A stretch of DNA of 64,000 bases from IMG/VR virus record IMGVR_UViG_3300033145_000692, positions 36,908 to 100,907 of that record. One strand, 5' to 3'. Position numbers and translations under genes: made by a program. The stretch comes from a virus. Under the pieces are notes generated by a model. It did not search any database and was not told where the DNA came from. It saw nothing but the letters and a program-made list of their open reading frames with translations. Positions 8,985 through 17,790 of this stretch are shown piece by piece. The first letter of the stretch is position 1; each line of letters begins with the position of its first letter.

Positions 8985-9027
8985 TTCCCTATTGAATATA
9001 TGGCTTTCAACAGAGGTTTGTCCAACA
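8985..9027 (-). promoter_or_regulatory. Conserved phage promoter-like motif, copy 1
   Basis: TGTTGGACA-N7-GTTGAAA-N2-CATATATTCAATAGGGAA; near-identical copy with the same spacing at 52703-52745. Confidence 0.7.
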
Positions 9028-9037
9028 AATTCCGAAA

Positions 9038-9760
9038 TTAACGTGCTCTTTCGTCACCCTTGGTGTCTTCAACCTTCTCCGTACCACTGTCAGAGGGGTT
9101 CAAAAACCTCTCCATTTCGCGGAGTACCTGCTCGCGGCTGGGGAGACTGTTGAATGGCGTGCTGCACTTCACCACGACTGGTGCGTGCCACGACCACTTC
9201 TTCTTCTCGACCAACTTGACATTCAGTCGGCACGGGAGGGGTCCGTGCGGTTCCACATTCAGATTTCGCTTCTTTATATCCTCAGCCGTCGTGGTGAGGA
9301 AGGGGAAGATTTTCTTCGACTCGGAGCGAGTCGACTTAGTCCCACAGAAGTACTCCAAGAAACGACCGGTGGTTCGCTCATAGACGAGGAAGCTCGTCCC
9401 ATACATACAACCACTGTTCTGCTCCGAACTGGCGGCGGCGATCCGTCCAAATTCTTCCGACTCCATATCATAGTTCGTGATGATGGCATCAGTGTCGCTC
9501 AAATCAAGAGCTTTCGGGCGTCGTGCGAGCGGAATCAGATCGACAGTCTTACCGAGATCGGTAATCTGATCGTCTCCTTCGGGAATACCCCAGTGACCGG
9601 GCGCGATGAGTTCCTTGTTGATCGCCGAGCCTTTGGAATAGAGTTGGAGCCGACCGAGGAAATCGCCACCCTTTGCCAGATCGTCAAAACCGTCATCCGA
9701 ACCGAGTTGCACGGAGGGTAGATTCTCGAAAGCGGGTACCAAAGCTGTTTTGTCACTCAT
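9038..9760 (-). CDS. Putative single-stranded DNA-binding / replication protein
   Basis: 240 aa, beta-rich, charged C-terminal tail, replication context. No decisive motif. Confidence 0.4.
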   Translation of the reverse strand: MSDKTALVPAFENLPSVQLGSDDGFDDLAKGGDFLGRLQLYSKGSAINKELIAPGHWGIPEGDDQITDLGKTVDLIPLARRPKALDLSDTDAIITNYDMESEEFGRIAAASSEQNSGCMYGTSFLVYERTTGRFLEYFCGTKSTRSESKKIFPFLTTTAEDIKKRNLNVEPHGPLPCRLNVKLVEKKKWSWHAPVVVKCSTPFNSLPSREQVLREMERFLNPSDSGTEKVEDTKGDERAR

Positions 9761-9815
9761 TGAAAATTCCTTGTGTTGAAAATGATGGTTGTTCCGAACG
9801 AGAATGCTGTGTCTG

Positions 9816-10697
9816 TCAATCTCCTTTCACCCACCGTTTGCGGGCTTTCTTACGGGCGGCATCTTCCTGTTTCTTCTGACTCTCGGGGTCAAGATGAAGA
9901 ACCCATTCCAATGCAGCTTTCCAACCTTCCATGGCGTTACTGTAATCACCTATGGTCAATAGGAGAGGTGCTTCAACACCTTTTTCAAACTCTTCCCTGA
10001 CATCCTTCAATGACCTCAAGTATGGTTGGACTTGAAAATCCCTCGTGAAGAAATCCTCAAGTTTCCCCTGCTTCACTGCCTCTTTGAATTGCTTGACTAC
10101 ACCTGCCGCTAAGACTTTGAACTCCATCTCACCCATCAGCTTCGCTTCATCAATGAAATTGACCCTCAACCTGGGAGGTATCTTCGATAACATGTAGGCG
10201 TTACCCAGGTTAATCTCACCACGGTCGACTGCTCTCTGTGTTGATGTGTCAAGTCTGAGGAGTCCGAGTTGTTGACTTACCCAACCTGGTTTCTTGTTGA
10301 CCAAGCTAGCCAATTCTATCAGTGTGATGTCAGGTCTGACCTTCTGAATCCGCCTGATCTGATTGGCGAATTCAATTGGTTTGGTTTCTGGTCGGATGGC
10401 ATTTGCTTGAATCTGTAACGCAAGTACATCGTCATCCGACACATGGTGTTTGATGATACAGGGGACAGATGGTAGTCCGACCTCCCTGGCACATGTTGTC
10501 CGCCACAGCCCATCAATGACCTCGAAATGATCCGACTGCCGTTGACTTGGTCTGACTGATATCGAGTTGAGAAACCCTATCTCTTTGATGGACTCAAACA
10601 GTTCAAGGTATTCCACTGATTCAGTTGCGACCGGTCTGAGCAGCACCTGTGGATCAACAAGCTGATCGGTAGGTATTTCATGGAACTGGTCATTCAT
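9816..10697 (-). CDS. Second ParB/Spo0J-family protein
   Basis: ELFESIKEIGFLNSISVR...FEVIDGLWR...QANAIR...HTH (ELASLVNKKPGWVSQQL). Confidence 0.85.
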   Translation of the reverse strand: MNDQFHEIPTDQLVDPQVLLRPVATESVEYLELFESIKEIGFLNSISVRPSQRQSDHFEVIDGLWRTTCAREVGLPSVPCIIKHHVSDDDVLALQIQANAIRPETKPIEFANQIRRIQKVRPDITLIELASLVNKKPGWVSQQLGLLRLDTSTQRAVDRGEINLGNAYMLSKIPPRLRVNFIDEAKLMGEMEFKVLAAGVVKQFKEAVKQGKLEDFFTRDFQVQPYLRSLKDVREEFEKGVEAPLLLTIGDYSNAMEGWKAALEWVLHLDPESQKKQEDAARKKARKRWVKGD

Positions 10698-10724
10698 CAG
10701 GTGCCACTATCTGAGTTTCGTCCG

Positions 10725-11042
10725 CTATGTACAAAGGTAGTAAGAGCATTTGTGTGGTTGAATAATCACACAAATGGAAAAACCGTCAGAAAAGTCAAAA
10801 TAACTCAAACCGGACCATCCGAGCAATGAGAAGGCGGATATGTGACTTTCAAAAATTTTCACATGTGCTTAAAATGGATATAGAGGTCGTTATTCGTTAC
10901 TTTTCGACCTAAGTACCTGGTGTACAAGGTGGTTACGAAAGGGAGGTTGAGTAACCATTTGCTGGTTGAACCCTTTTTTTGACAAAATCGGAACTTCCGA
11001 GATTTTTTAGAGCCTCAATGCTCTTACTACCTTTGTACATAG
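10725..11042. repeat. Perfect 26-bp inverted repeat bounding the divergent intergenic region
   Basis: CTATGTACAAAGGTAGTAAGAGCATT (10725-10750) and its reverse complement (11017-11042). Confidence 0.95.
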
Positions 11043-11080
11043 GGGGACATTTTCCCTTTAACCTTTAGCATGGAGTTCGT

Positions 11081-13816
11081 ATGTCGACCAAGTTCATCAC
11101 AGAAGCTGTCGTTGCCTTCCTCACAGCCAGGCGCGGCGAGCACCCAGGGCAAGACCTGCTCGATCACTACCTGAAATATGGTACCGCCATGGAGACACAG
11201 GTCAATGTCGCTGCCGGTCCCCGGGGAGAACCAGTCGATGGCAAGCGTGCCACCTGGACAGATGGGATCAACGAGTGGTGGAACATCAGGATACCTAAGA
11301 ACTCCTATGATGATCCGAAGTTCAAGGATTACCGACTCTCGTGGCCACTGGAGGAGCACGCCGAGGGTATCGGCACCACGGGTTGGGATTGGAAGGAACG
11401 TTGCAGCCGTTGGCTTGGCTTCGACTTCGATGCTCTTACTGGGCACGCCGCCGGTGTTGGTATCGACGAGGATGCCCTTGTGGATGTCCAGAGGGCTGCT
11501 GAGGCTCTCCCATTCGTTGAGGTTCGTCAGTCGACTGGTGGGAAAGGAATCCATCTCTACGTCTACGTGGACGCTATCCCGACCTCTAACCACACCGAAC
11601 ACGCCGCTCTCGCGAGATGTGTCCTCGGGATGATGTCTTCTGAGACCGGCTTCGACTTCGCCTCGCAGATCGACTGCTGTGGTGGTGTGATGTGGATTTG
11701 GCACAAGAAGCTGACCTTGGAGAATCAAGGACTCTCGTTGCTCAAGTCGGCTGAGAAGACCTTGACTCTCGATGACCTCCCCTCCAACTGGATGGATCAC
11801 GTTGAAGTTGTACGTGGTAAAAGAGCTAAGGTCCGAATCGGTGGTATCAAAGATGAGGACATTGATCCGTTTGATCTGTTGGCTTCAGCCCGTAGAATGA
11901 CCCCTCTCGATGACATCCACAAAGAAATCATTGACGAACTTGCACGCTCAGGCTTCTCTACAGTCTGGGTCCCTGATCACCATCTGTTGCAGACGCACAC
12001 CTGTGCCCTCAAAGAGTTGATGGAAGATGATAGCAAGGCTGAAGAGTTCAAAATCCGTGGCTATTATGACACGACCTCTGAGGGAACCGATCGGGCAAGT
12101 CCCAATTGTTTTATGTTCCCACTACCAAGTGGCGCATTCAAAGTCTATCGGTTCTCCCAAGGGGTATCCGAATCTCCCACCTGGCAACAGGATGGCGAGG
12201 GGTGGACTACATGCTTCTACAACCACGACCCTGATCTGAAGACAGCGTCTCGTGCCCTTGGTGGGGCTGAGCTTCCTGATAACAAGGGGTTTCAGTTTGA
12301 GTACGCTGAGAGTGCGATTAAAGTCGCCAAGTCCCTCGGTCAAGATGTTGTGCTTGACAAGAAGTTTCTCAGTCGTGAGACGATACTTCGACCTAACAAA
12401 GATGGACGCCTGGTGGCTCGCATCAAAGCTGACAAAGGTGACCCGAAACCGGATTCAAGTTGGGTTGCTGGACGTGGTGGTTGGTGGGAGAAAGTCTTCG
12501 GCATCAAGACGGAACCCAATGTTGACTCCACTGGTACTGCCGAATTTGATGATCGTCTACGAACGTTGGTGACCTCTCAGTGTGAGTCGGCTGGATGGTA
12601 CGTTCAAGCTACCAATGGCTTATGGCAAAGGCGTCCGCAGAGCGAGTGTAAAAACTGGCTCCAAAGCAAGGGCATCGCGAAACCTGATGCCGATATAGTT
12701 CTTGGTAACTGTATCGACAAGCCATGGGAATTAGTGAGTATGCCTTTTAAGAACGAGTACCCGGGTGACCGCCAGTGGAACTTCAACACGCCAAGATTCG
12801 TCTACGAACCTGCTGATCTTGGAGACAGCGAAGTGCCAGTACATCCACACTGGAACAAAGTTCTTCAACACTGCTTCTGTGACCTTGACGCCGAACTCAA
12901 AGAACTTACCTGGGCTCAAGAGGCTAACATCCGAAACGGGTATCAGTTTGGTTTAGCATGGATCGCTTGTTGCTTCCGTGACCCATTTGAACCCCTGCCA
13001 TTCCTATTCTTCTTTGGGAATCAGAACAGTGGGAAGTCGATTCTCCATGAAGCTCTATCCACGTTGGTCACAGGGGGTGTTGTCAGTGCTGACCGTGCCC
13101 TTACGAACAACAACCAGTTCAATGGTGAGTTGGCAAATGGAGTCCTGGCGATTGTGGAGGAAAAGAACATCGCTGGAAGCTCTACGGCGTACAATCGAAT
13201 CAAGGAGTGGGTGACCAGTAAGACATTATGGATTCGTAAAATGCGAATGGACGCCTACCCACAACCCAACACTTTGCATTTCATGATGATGGCAAACGAA
13301 CAGGAAGCTTGTCCGGTCGTTGGAGGTGACACTCGAATCATGGTGATTGAAGTTCCTGACCTCCTCCCAGACCAGGAAATACCTAAGATTGAACTTCTAA
13401 AACTGCTGAAGACTGAGGCTCCTCACTTCATGCGAACCCTAATGAACGTTGAGCTTCCACAGGTCCATGGTCGTCTACGTCTTCCGGTTGTTGACACCTA
13501 CAAGCGTCAGCAGTCACAGGATATGAGTCGATCCCTCTTGGAGACATTCATTGGCGATAACTGTCACTATGCTCCGGGTGAAAAGATTCTATTTAGTGAA
13601 TTCCATGAGAAGTTCATCCGTTCTCTTGAGAACGAAGAGCGGTTCGAGTGGAGTAAAACCAAAGTAACCCGTGGTCTGCCTTCAGACCATCAGAGTGGTG
13701 CTTCTGGTGGTAGCAATCAGCGACATGTGTCAAACATCTCGTGGAAAGCTCCGAAGAACACCGACGCTACCCCGTTAGTTTGCATCAATGGCCGTTTGAA
13801 GTTGAGGGAGAATTAA
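11081..13816 (+). CDS. Primase-helicase (AEP/PrimPol domain + C-terminal SF3/DUF5906-like helicase)
   Basis: GFDFD and QSTGGKGIHLY primase motifs; Walker A GNQNSGKS; FNGEL and IVEE. Confidence 0.85.
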   Translation: MSTKFITEAVVAFLTARRGEHPGQDLLDHYLKYGTAMETQVNVAAGPRGEPVDGKRATWTDGINEWWNIRIPKNSYDDPKFKDYRLSWPLEEHAEGIGTTGWDWKERCSRWLGFDFDALTGHAAGVGIDEDALVDVQRAAEALPFVEVRQSTGGKGIHLYVYVDAIPTSNHTEHAALARCVLGMMSSETGFDFASQIDCCGGVMWIWHKKLTLENQGLSLLKSAEKTLTLDDLPSNWMDHVEVVRGKRAKVRIGGIKDEDIDPFDLLASARRMTPLDDIHKEIIDELARSGFSTVWVPDHHLLQTHTCALKELMEDDSKAEEFKIRGYYDTTSEGTDRASPNCFMFPLPSGAFKVYRFSQGVSESPTWQQDGEGWTTCFYNHDPDLKTASRALGGAELPDNKGFQFEYAESAIKVAKSLGQDVVLDKKFLSRETILRPNKDGRLVARIKADKGDPKPDSSWVAGRGGWWEKVFGIKTEPNVDSTGTAEFDDRLRTLVTSQCESAGWYVQATNGLWQRRPQSECKNWLQSKGIAKPDADIVLGNCIDKPWELVSMPFKNEYPGDRQWNFNTPRFVYEPADLGDSEVPVHPHWNKVLQHCFCDLDAELKELTWAQEANIRNGYQFGLAWIACCFRDPFEPLPFLFFFGNQNSGKSILHEALSTLVTGGVVSADRALTNNNQFNGELANGVLAIVEEKNIAGSSTAYNRIKEWVTSKTLWIRKMRMDAYPQPNTLHFMMMANEQEACPVVGGDTRIMVIEVPDLLPDQEIPKIELLKLLKTEAPHFMRTLMNVELPQVHGRLRLPVVDTYKRQQSQDMSRSLLETFIGDNCHYAPGEKILFSEFHEKFIRSLENEERFEWSKTKVTRGLPSDHQSGASGGSNQRHVSNISWKAPKNTDATPLVCINGRLKLREN

Positions 13817-13818
13817 GC

Positions 13819-14298
13819 ATGAGTATGAAGTACGCCGAAGGCGATATCAACAGTGACGCAAAAGGTTCTGGTGCCCGCGCCAACCAAGGGAAGATCGACA
13901 TGACTCTGGTGCCAATAATGTTGCTCGGGGGAGTCACCCGTGTGTTCATGGGTGGCAAATTGAAGTACGCCGAATTCAACTGGGCTAAAGGGATGGCTTG
14001 GGGTACAGCGATGGCTTGCACATTGCGGCACCTATTCAAGTGGTGGTTCCTTCGTGAGGAAATCGACCCGGAGAGTGGTGAACACCATCTCGACCATGTC
14101 CTCGCCAATGTCTTCATGATGAAGCATTACACCAAGGCATACCCTGAGGGTGACAACCGCCCGCCCGAGTCTGCAATGTTCGGGGTGTGGATGGATGACT
14201 TCTGTCAAACCTTCGATGAGGAAGCCTACCTGGACCGGAACCCTGATATCAAGAAGGCTGTTGAACTCAAAAGAGCGGGAGACAGGGATGGCTCTTAA
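13819..14298 (+). CDS. dATP/dGTP diphosphohydrolase (DUF5664-like)
   Basis: GKIDMTLVP, GKLKY..NWAKG, RHL and DPESGEHHLDH motifs. Confidence 0.85.
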   Translation: MSMKYAEGDINSDAKGSGARANQGKIDMTLVPIMLLGGVTRVFMGGKLKYAEFNWAKGMAWGTAMACTLRHLFKWWFLREEIDPESGEHHLDHVLANVFMMKHYTKAYPEGDNRPPESAMFGVWMDDFCQTFDEEAYLDRNPDIKKAVELKRAGDRDGS

Positions 14299-14800
14299 AC
14301 GTCTACCAGATTTCAGCAGGGGAGACATCAAACGTTTCTGGTCCAAAGTGGATAGGAAGCATAAAAGCGAGTGTTGGGCTTGGAAGGCTTCCGGAGATAT
14401 TGACAAGCGAGGTCAGTTCAGGTATTGTAGAAACGGCAAGTCTCAGTACTTGAAAGCCCCTCGTGTTGCTTGGATGTTATTACGTGGTTATGACCCTTAC
14501 CCTGCTTTGGTTCTCCATAACTGCAACAATCCAAACTGCTGTAACCCACATCACTGTCGGCTCGGTGATGATGCTGACAACCGTAGAGATAGTGAAGAAG
14601 CTGGAACCCATTGTCATGGGACTCAACACGGTATGGCGAAGCTCACAGAAGATGATGTTAAGGAGATTCGACGTGCCCTATCGGAAGGTACAACTGGTGT
14701 GGAGCTTGCTGAGCGTTACCAAGTGTACCCGACCCTTATTAGTAAAATCAAGAATAGACATCTCTGGAAACATATCCCCGAGGAGGTATGCAACAAATGA
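14288..14800 (+). CDS. HNH homing endonuclease with C-terminal HTH
   Basis: RFWSKVD..ECWAW, VLHNCNNPNCCNPHH, AKLTEDDVKEIR. Confidence 0.9.
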   Translation: MALKRLPDFSRGDIKRFWSKVDRKHKSECWAWKASGDIDKRGQFRYCRNGKSQYLKAPRVAWMLLRGYDPYPALVLHNCNNPNCCNPHHCRLGDDADNRRDSEEAGTHCHGTQHGMAKLTEDDVKEIRRALSEGTTGVELAERYQVYPTLISKIKNRHLWKHIPEEVCNK

Positions 14801-15420
14801 CCCCACAGATTCATAACGGACTCGTCCATCTCAATGGGTGCCTACTGGCGTCCATTGACTTTGAGACTACAGGTCTCCGAGCAGGGTATCACGAGATCAT
14901 TCAGATCGCTGTCGTGCCTCTCAATGCGGACCTGCGACCTGCGACCAACTTGCGACCATTCTATCACAACATTGCTCCGGAATTCCCAGAGAGAGCAGAT
15001 AGGAAATCAGGTAAGGTACATGGACTCGATCTCGATTGGCTAATGATGAACGCACCTTCACATGACAAGGTTGCCGATATGTTGGTTGAGTGGAGTGAGA
15101 GTCTCGATCTTCCAGTGAATAGGTCGATTGTACCTCTTGCCCACAACTGGGCGTTTGAAGCTGCACACGGTAAGGCATGGTTAGGCGATGATCTGTTTGG
15201 TCACCTGTTCCATTCCCATGCCCGCGATGGTATGCTTCTCGCAGTGTCGATAAATGATCGAGCAGCTTTCCTAGGACTGCCAATACCATTCTCGTATGTT
15301 GGGCTGAATGCACTGTGTGACAAGTTCAAGATTGTAAACGAAAATGCACACGAGGCACTCAGTGACGCGAGGGCTGAAGCTGAAGTCTATCGGTCCCTCC
15401 TACACTATGAGGTATTTTGA
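14788..15420 (+). CDS. DEDDh 3'-5' exonuclease
   Basis: IDFETTG, AHNWAFE, HEALSDA; AGGAGG RBS. Confidence 0.88.
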   Translation: MQQMTPQIHNGLVHLNGCLLASIDFETTGLRAGYHEIIQIAVVPLNADLRPATNLRPFYHNIAPEFPERADRKSGKVHGLDLDWLMMNAPSHDKVADMLVEWSESLDLPVNRSIVPLAHNWAFEAAHGKAWLGDDLFGHLFHSHARDGMLLAVSINDRAAFLGLPIPFSYVGLNALCDKFKIVNENAHEALSDARAEAEVYRSLLHYEVF

Positions 15421-16169
15421 TGTCCTTCTACACCCCAGGCAAGCCGTTCTCTCTTGCGAATTGGAACAGTTTGATTGATGCTGTCAATGCGCTATTACAG
15501 GACCCACCCGATGGCTGTGATCCCATTGACCCAATAGACAACGTCACCGACCCACACAGGTGGGCGGTCGATGACATAGAAGTCGTACGTAATAAGCTCA
15601 TCGAAACCTGCCCCGACATCAGCTTCTCTGAGGAGACAGTGATGTGGAAACAAGGGATCATTGATGAGATTGAGTCCGTCTTCGGAGATGTGTGGTGTGA
15701 CTGTTGTGATGATGAGTTCCTCAATAGTGAACATGGGACAACACTTCAACTGTTCGCAATCGAACCTCAAGTCTATGCGGCTTTCTGTAATCCCAAACCA
15801 CTGATGTACCCATTGAGTGGTTTGGTCAGTGGATTGCATCCAGGTAAAGAAGGGATCATTGGACGGTCTTGGAGATTCTATCTGACCACATCTTTTGACA
15901 GTCCTGACTGGATGTACTTGGCGGATCATGGTTCACCGGGTGGTTACTCAGGAGGTGGCCTTGACTGTAAAGGTGTGGTGACCTACAGTGAGGGATACAT
16001 GGTCGACCCCGCGTGGGGTGTCTATCTCCCCTGCTCTGCATGCAACCAAGCGTGTCTAGACATCATCGCATTCTACGAAGCGAATTGGCTCCCGACTGCC
16101 CCGACTCTGTATGGGACGATATTGTTCAACACCCTCAATGCGGAGTGCGCCGATTGTGACAAACTCTAA
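15417..16169 (+). CDS. Hypothetical Cys-containing protein
   Basis: 250-aa ORF coupled to the exonuclease stop; no recognised family. Confidence 0.6.
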   Translation: MMSFYTPGKPFSLANWNSLIDAVNALLQDPPDGCDPIDPIDNVTDPHRWAVDDIEVVRNKLIETCPDISFSEETVMWKQGIIDEIESVFGDVWCDCCDDEFLNSEHGTTLQLFAIEPQVYAAFCNPKPLMYPLSGLVSGLHPGKEGIIGRSWRFYLTTSFDSPDWMYLADHGSPGGYSGGGLDCKGVVTYSEGYMVDPAWGVYLPCSACNQACLDIIAFYEANWLPTAPTLYGTILFNTLNAECADCDKL

Positions 16170-16680
16170 CATCAGCATCCTACCATGCAAAACCCGTCTG
16201 GAAGGAGTCAAGGGTAGTGACATCATCTTCCTACTATGCCACTGCAAGGAACACCCTTCGTACAAGCAACGTGTAACTGATGACATCTGCAACAAATGTC
16301 ACCTCCGAGTAGGGACCGATCAACCTGAGGATCGAATCATGGTAAGCAAGCCTGAGCCGCCCAGGAAGGGGTCAGGAGAGCCTCCGACGATCACCCCTGA
16401 TGGAACACTCATCTACGTCCAGAGGGGCTGGCAGCCACCACCATGCCCGCCTGGATACCGGAGGCGGTCAAATAACCTGAAGACACCGGATGCCTGGGTT
16501 CTGGAGCCACTGAAGCCTCTATGCGACCACCTCAGACTGGTGATTGGTGAGCAAGGTGCTTGCCTATGTCGCCGCGTCGTACCGACCTGTGTTTACCAGG
16601 GACGATCGTTGAAGGTGACCTCTCAGACCTGCCAGACGTGCCAGACGTGTAAGGAGCCAGGGTATGTCAAGACCCCATAG
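16156..16680 (+). CDS. Cys-rich hypothetical protein, paralog 1
   Basis: Contains DGTLIY..RGWQPP..PPGYRRRSNNLKTPDAW and several CxxC pairs. Confidence 0.7.
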   Translation: MTNSNISILPCKTRLEGVKGSDIIFLLCHCKEHPSYKQRVTDDICNKCHLRVGTDQPEDRIMVSKPEPPRKGSGEPPTITPDGTLIYVQRGWQPPPCPPGYRRRSNNLKTPDAWVLEPLKPLCDHLRLVIGEQGACLCRRVVPTCVYQGRSLKVTSQTCQTCQTCKEPGYVKTP

Positions 16681-16939
16681 AATGTCTGACGGGACACTTG
16701 TCTATATCAAGAAGGGGTGGGAGCCACCCGCAGTACCGGAAGGGTATCGCCGGAAATCGAACAACCTCAAGAGTCCAGATGCTTGGATTCTGATCCCTGT
16801 GCTGCCGCCATGTGAAACCAGGGAGTCGACGGAGGAGATGGGTAGATGTGGTGCTATCAAGATCATGTACCATTGCCGAGGTGCTAGGATTCACGATCTA
16901 ACAACTTGCCACAAATGCACAAGGAGAAAACATGAGTAA
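16664..16939 (+). CDS. Cys-rich hypothetical protein, paralog 2
   Basis: DGTLVY.KKGWEPP.VPEGYRRKSNNLKSPDAW...CxxC. Confidence 0.75.
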   Translation: MSRPHRMSDGTLVYIKKGWEPPAVPEGYRRKSNNLKSPDAWILIPVLPPCETRESTEEMGRCGAIKIMYHCRGARIHDLTTCHKCTRRKHE

Positions 16940-17444
16940 TTGCAAAGACTGTCCCGACACACAGATCACCTTTGGGAAGAATCGAACTGTCGAGACCAAC
17001 CATCCTCTCTTCAGGGTCTTTTGCGTGGGTGGGGATGGACTTCCATCATTTGGCGAGTTGAGACTTTCAATACCAGTAGGGTATGATCGAGTTGAGATCG
17101 ACTCAGAAGGTGTGATAGTATACAAAAAAGAAGACCTCGACGACTGGGAGTCGCCAAGGTCCATTGATGGTTTTGAACGTGACTCAGAAAACCCCCATGT
17201 CTTCAGACCTCTATGGGTACCCTGTAAGTCACGGCTGTATAGTGTCATTGTCAGAGAAAAATGTCAGTGTGTTGATGTACTCGCCGAATGTATGCACAAC
17301 CTACCCGAAAAAGAAGTCGATCGGTTTGTCGAGTATGAAGACTGTGAAAAGTGCCCATACCTCCGACCATACCAGAGGTCAAAGCCTGTGAAGAAGACTG
17401 TTAGCAGTCTTCGGGTTCCAAATCTTCCCCGTAGTGCCATGTGA
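16932..17444 (+). CDS. Cys-rich hypothetical protein, divergent paralog 3
   Basis: EGVIVYKK...WESPRSIDGFERD...PC..R...C...CEKC; AAGGAG RBS. Confidence 0.7.
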   Translation: MSNCKDCPDTQITFGKNRTVETNHPLFRVFCVGGDGLPSFGELRLSIPVGYDRVEIDSEGVIVYKKEDLDDWESPRSIDGFERDSENPHVFRPLWVPCKSRLYSVIVREKCQCVDVLAECMHNLPEKEVDRFVEYEDCEKCPYLRPYQRSKPVKKTVSSLRVPNLPRSAM

Positions 17445-17727
17445 GATATGTGCGATACAGTCTGGCATAAGCCAAACCCCATTCGGCTCCATGGTCATCA
17501 ACATCGTTACCGTGCCAAGTCAGAGCGTGAGCCCATTCATGTAGGAGAGTATCGAGTCGAAGGTTGAAGCACTGCTTCTTCTGGATTCTGATCTCGAAAC
17601 CGTGATTGACGTATTCGCACTCACCTTGCATTTTAATATCCAACTGACGCACCCGTACTTTTCTCAACGGGTACTCACGCCTTAACCAACACAGGATTTT
17701 TCTCCATTTGGTTTTCTTCGTAAGCAT
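17401..17727 (-). CDS. Small HExxH zinc metallopeptidase (SprT/ImmA-like)
   Basis: TLLHEWAHAL...DHGAEW. Confidence 0.75.
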   Translation of the reverse strand: MLTKKTKWRKILCWLRREYPLRKVRVRQLDIKMQGECEYVNHGFEIRIQKKQCFNLRLDTLLHEWAHALTWHGNDVDDHGAEWGLAYARLYRTYLTWHYGEDLEPEDC

Positions 17728-17790
17728 GATCAGTCCCCTATGACACCCACCTTGGCTCCGTGCCAGGGTGGGTGTTTTCATTTGGTCAGG

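Noticed and set aside
13819-14298. 2-aminoadenine (Z) genome claim
   Set aside because: DUF5664 alone is insufficient, and no PurZ is seen in the window.
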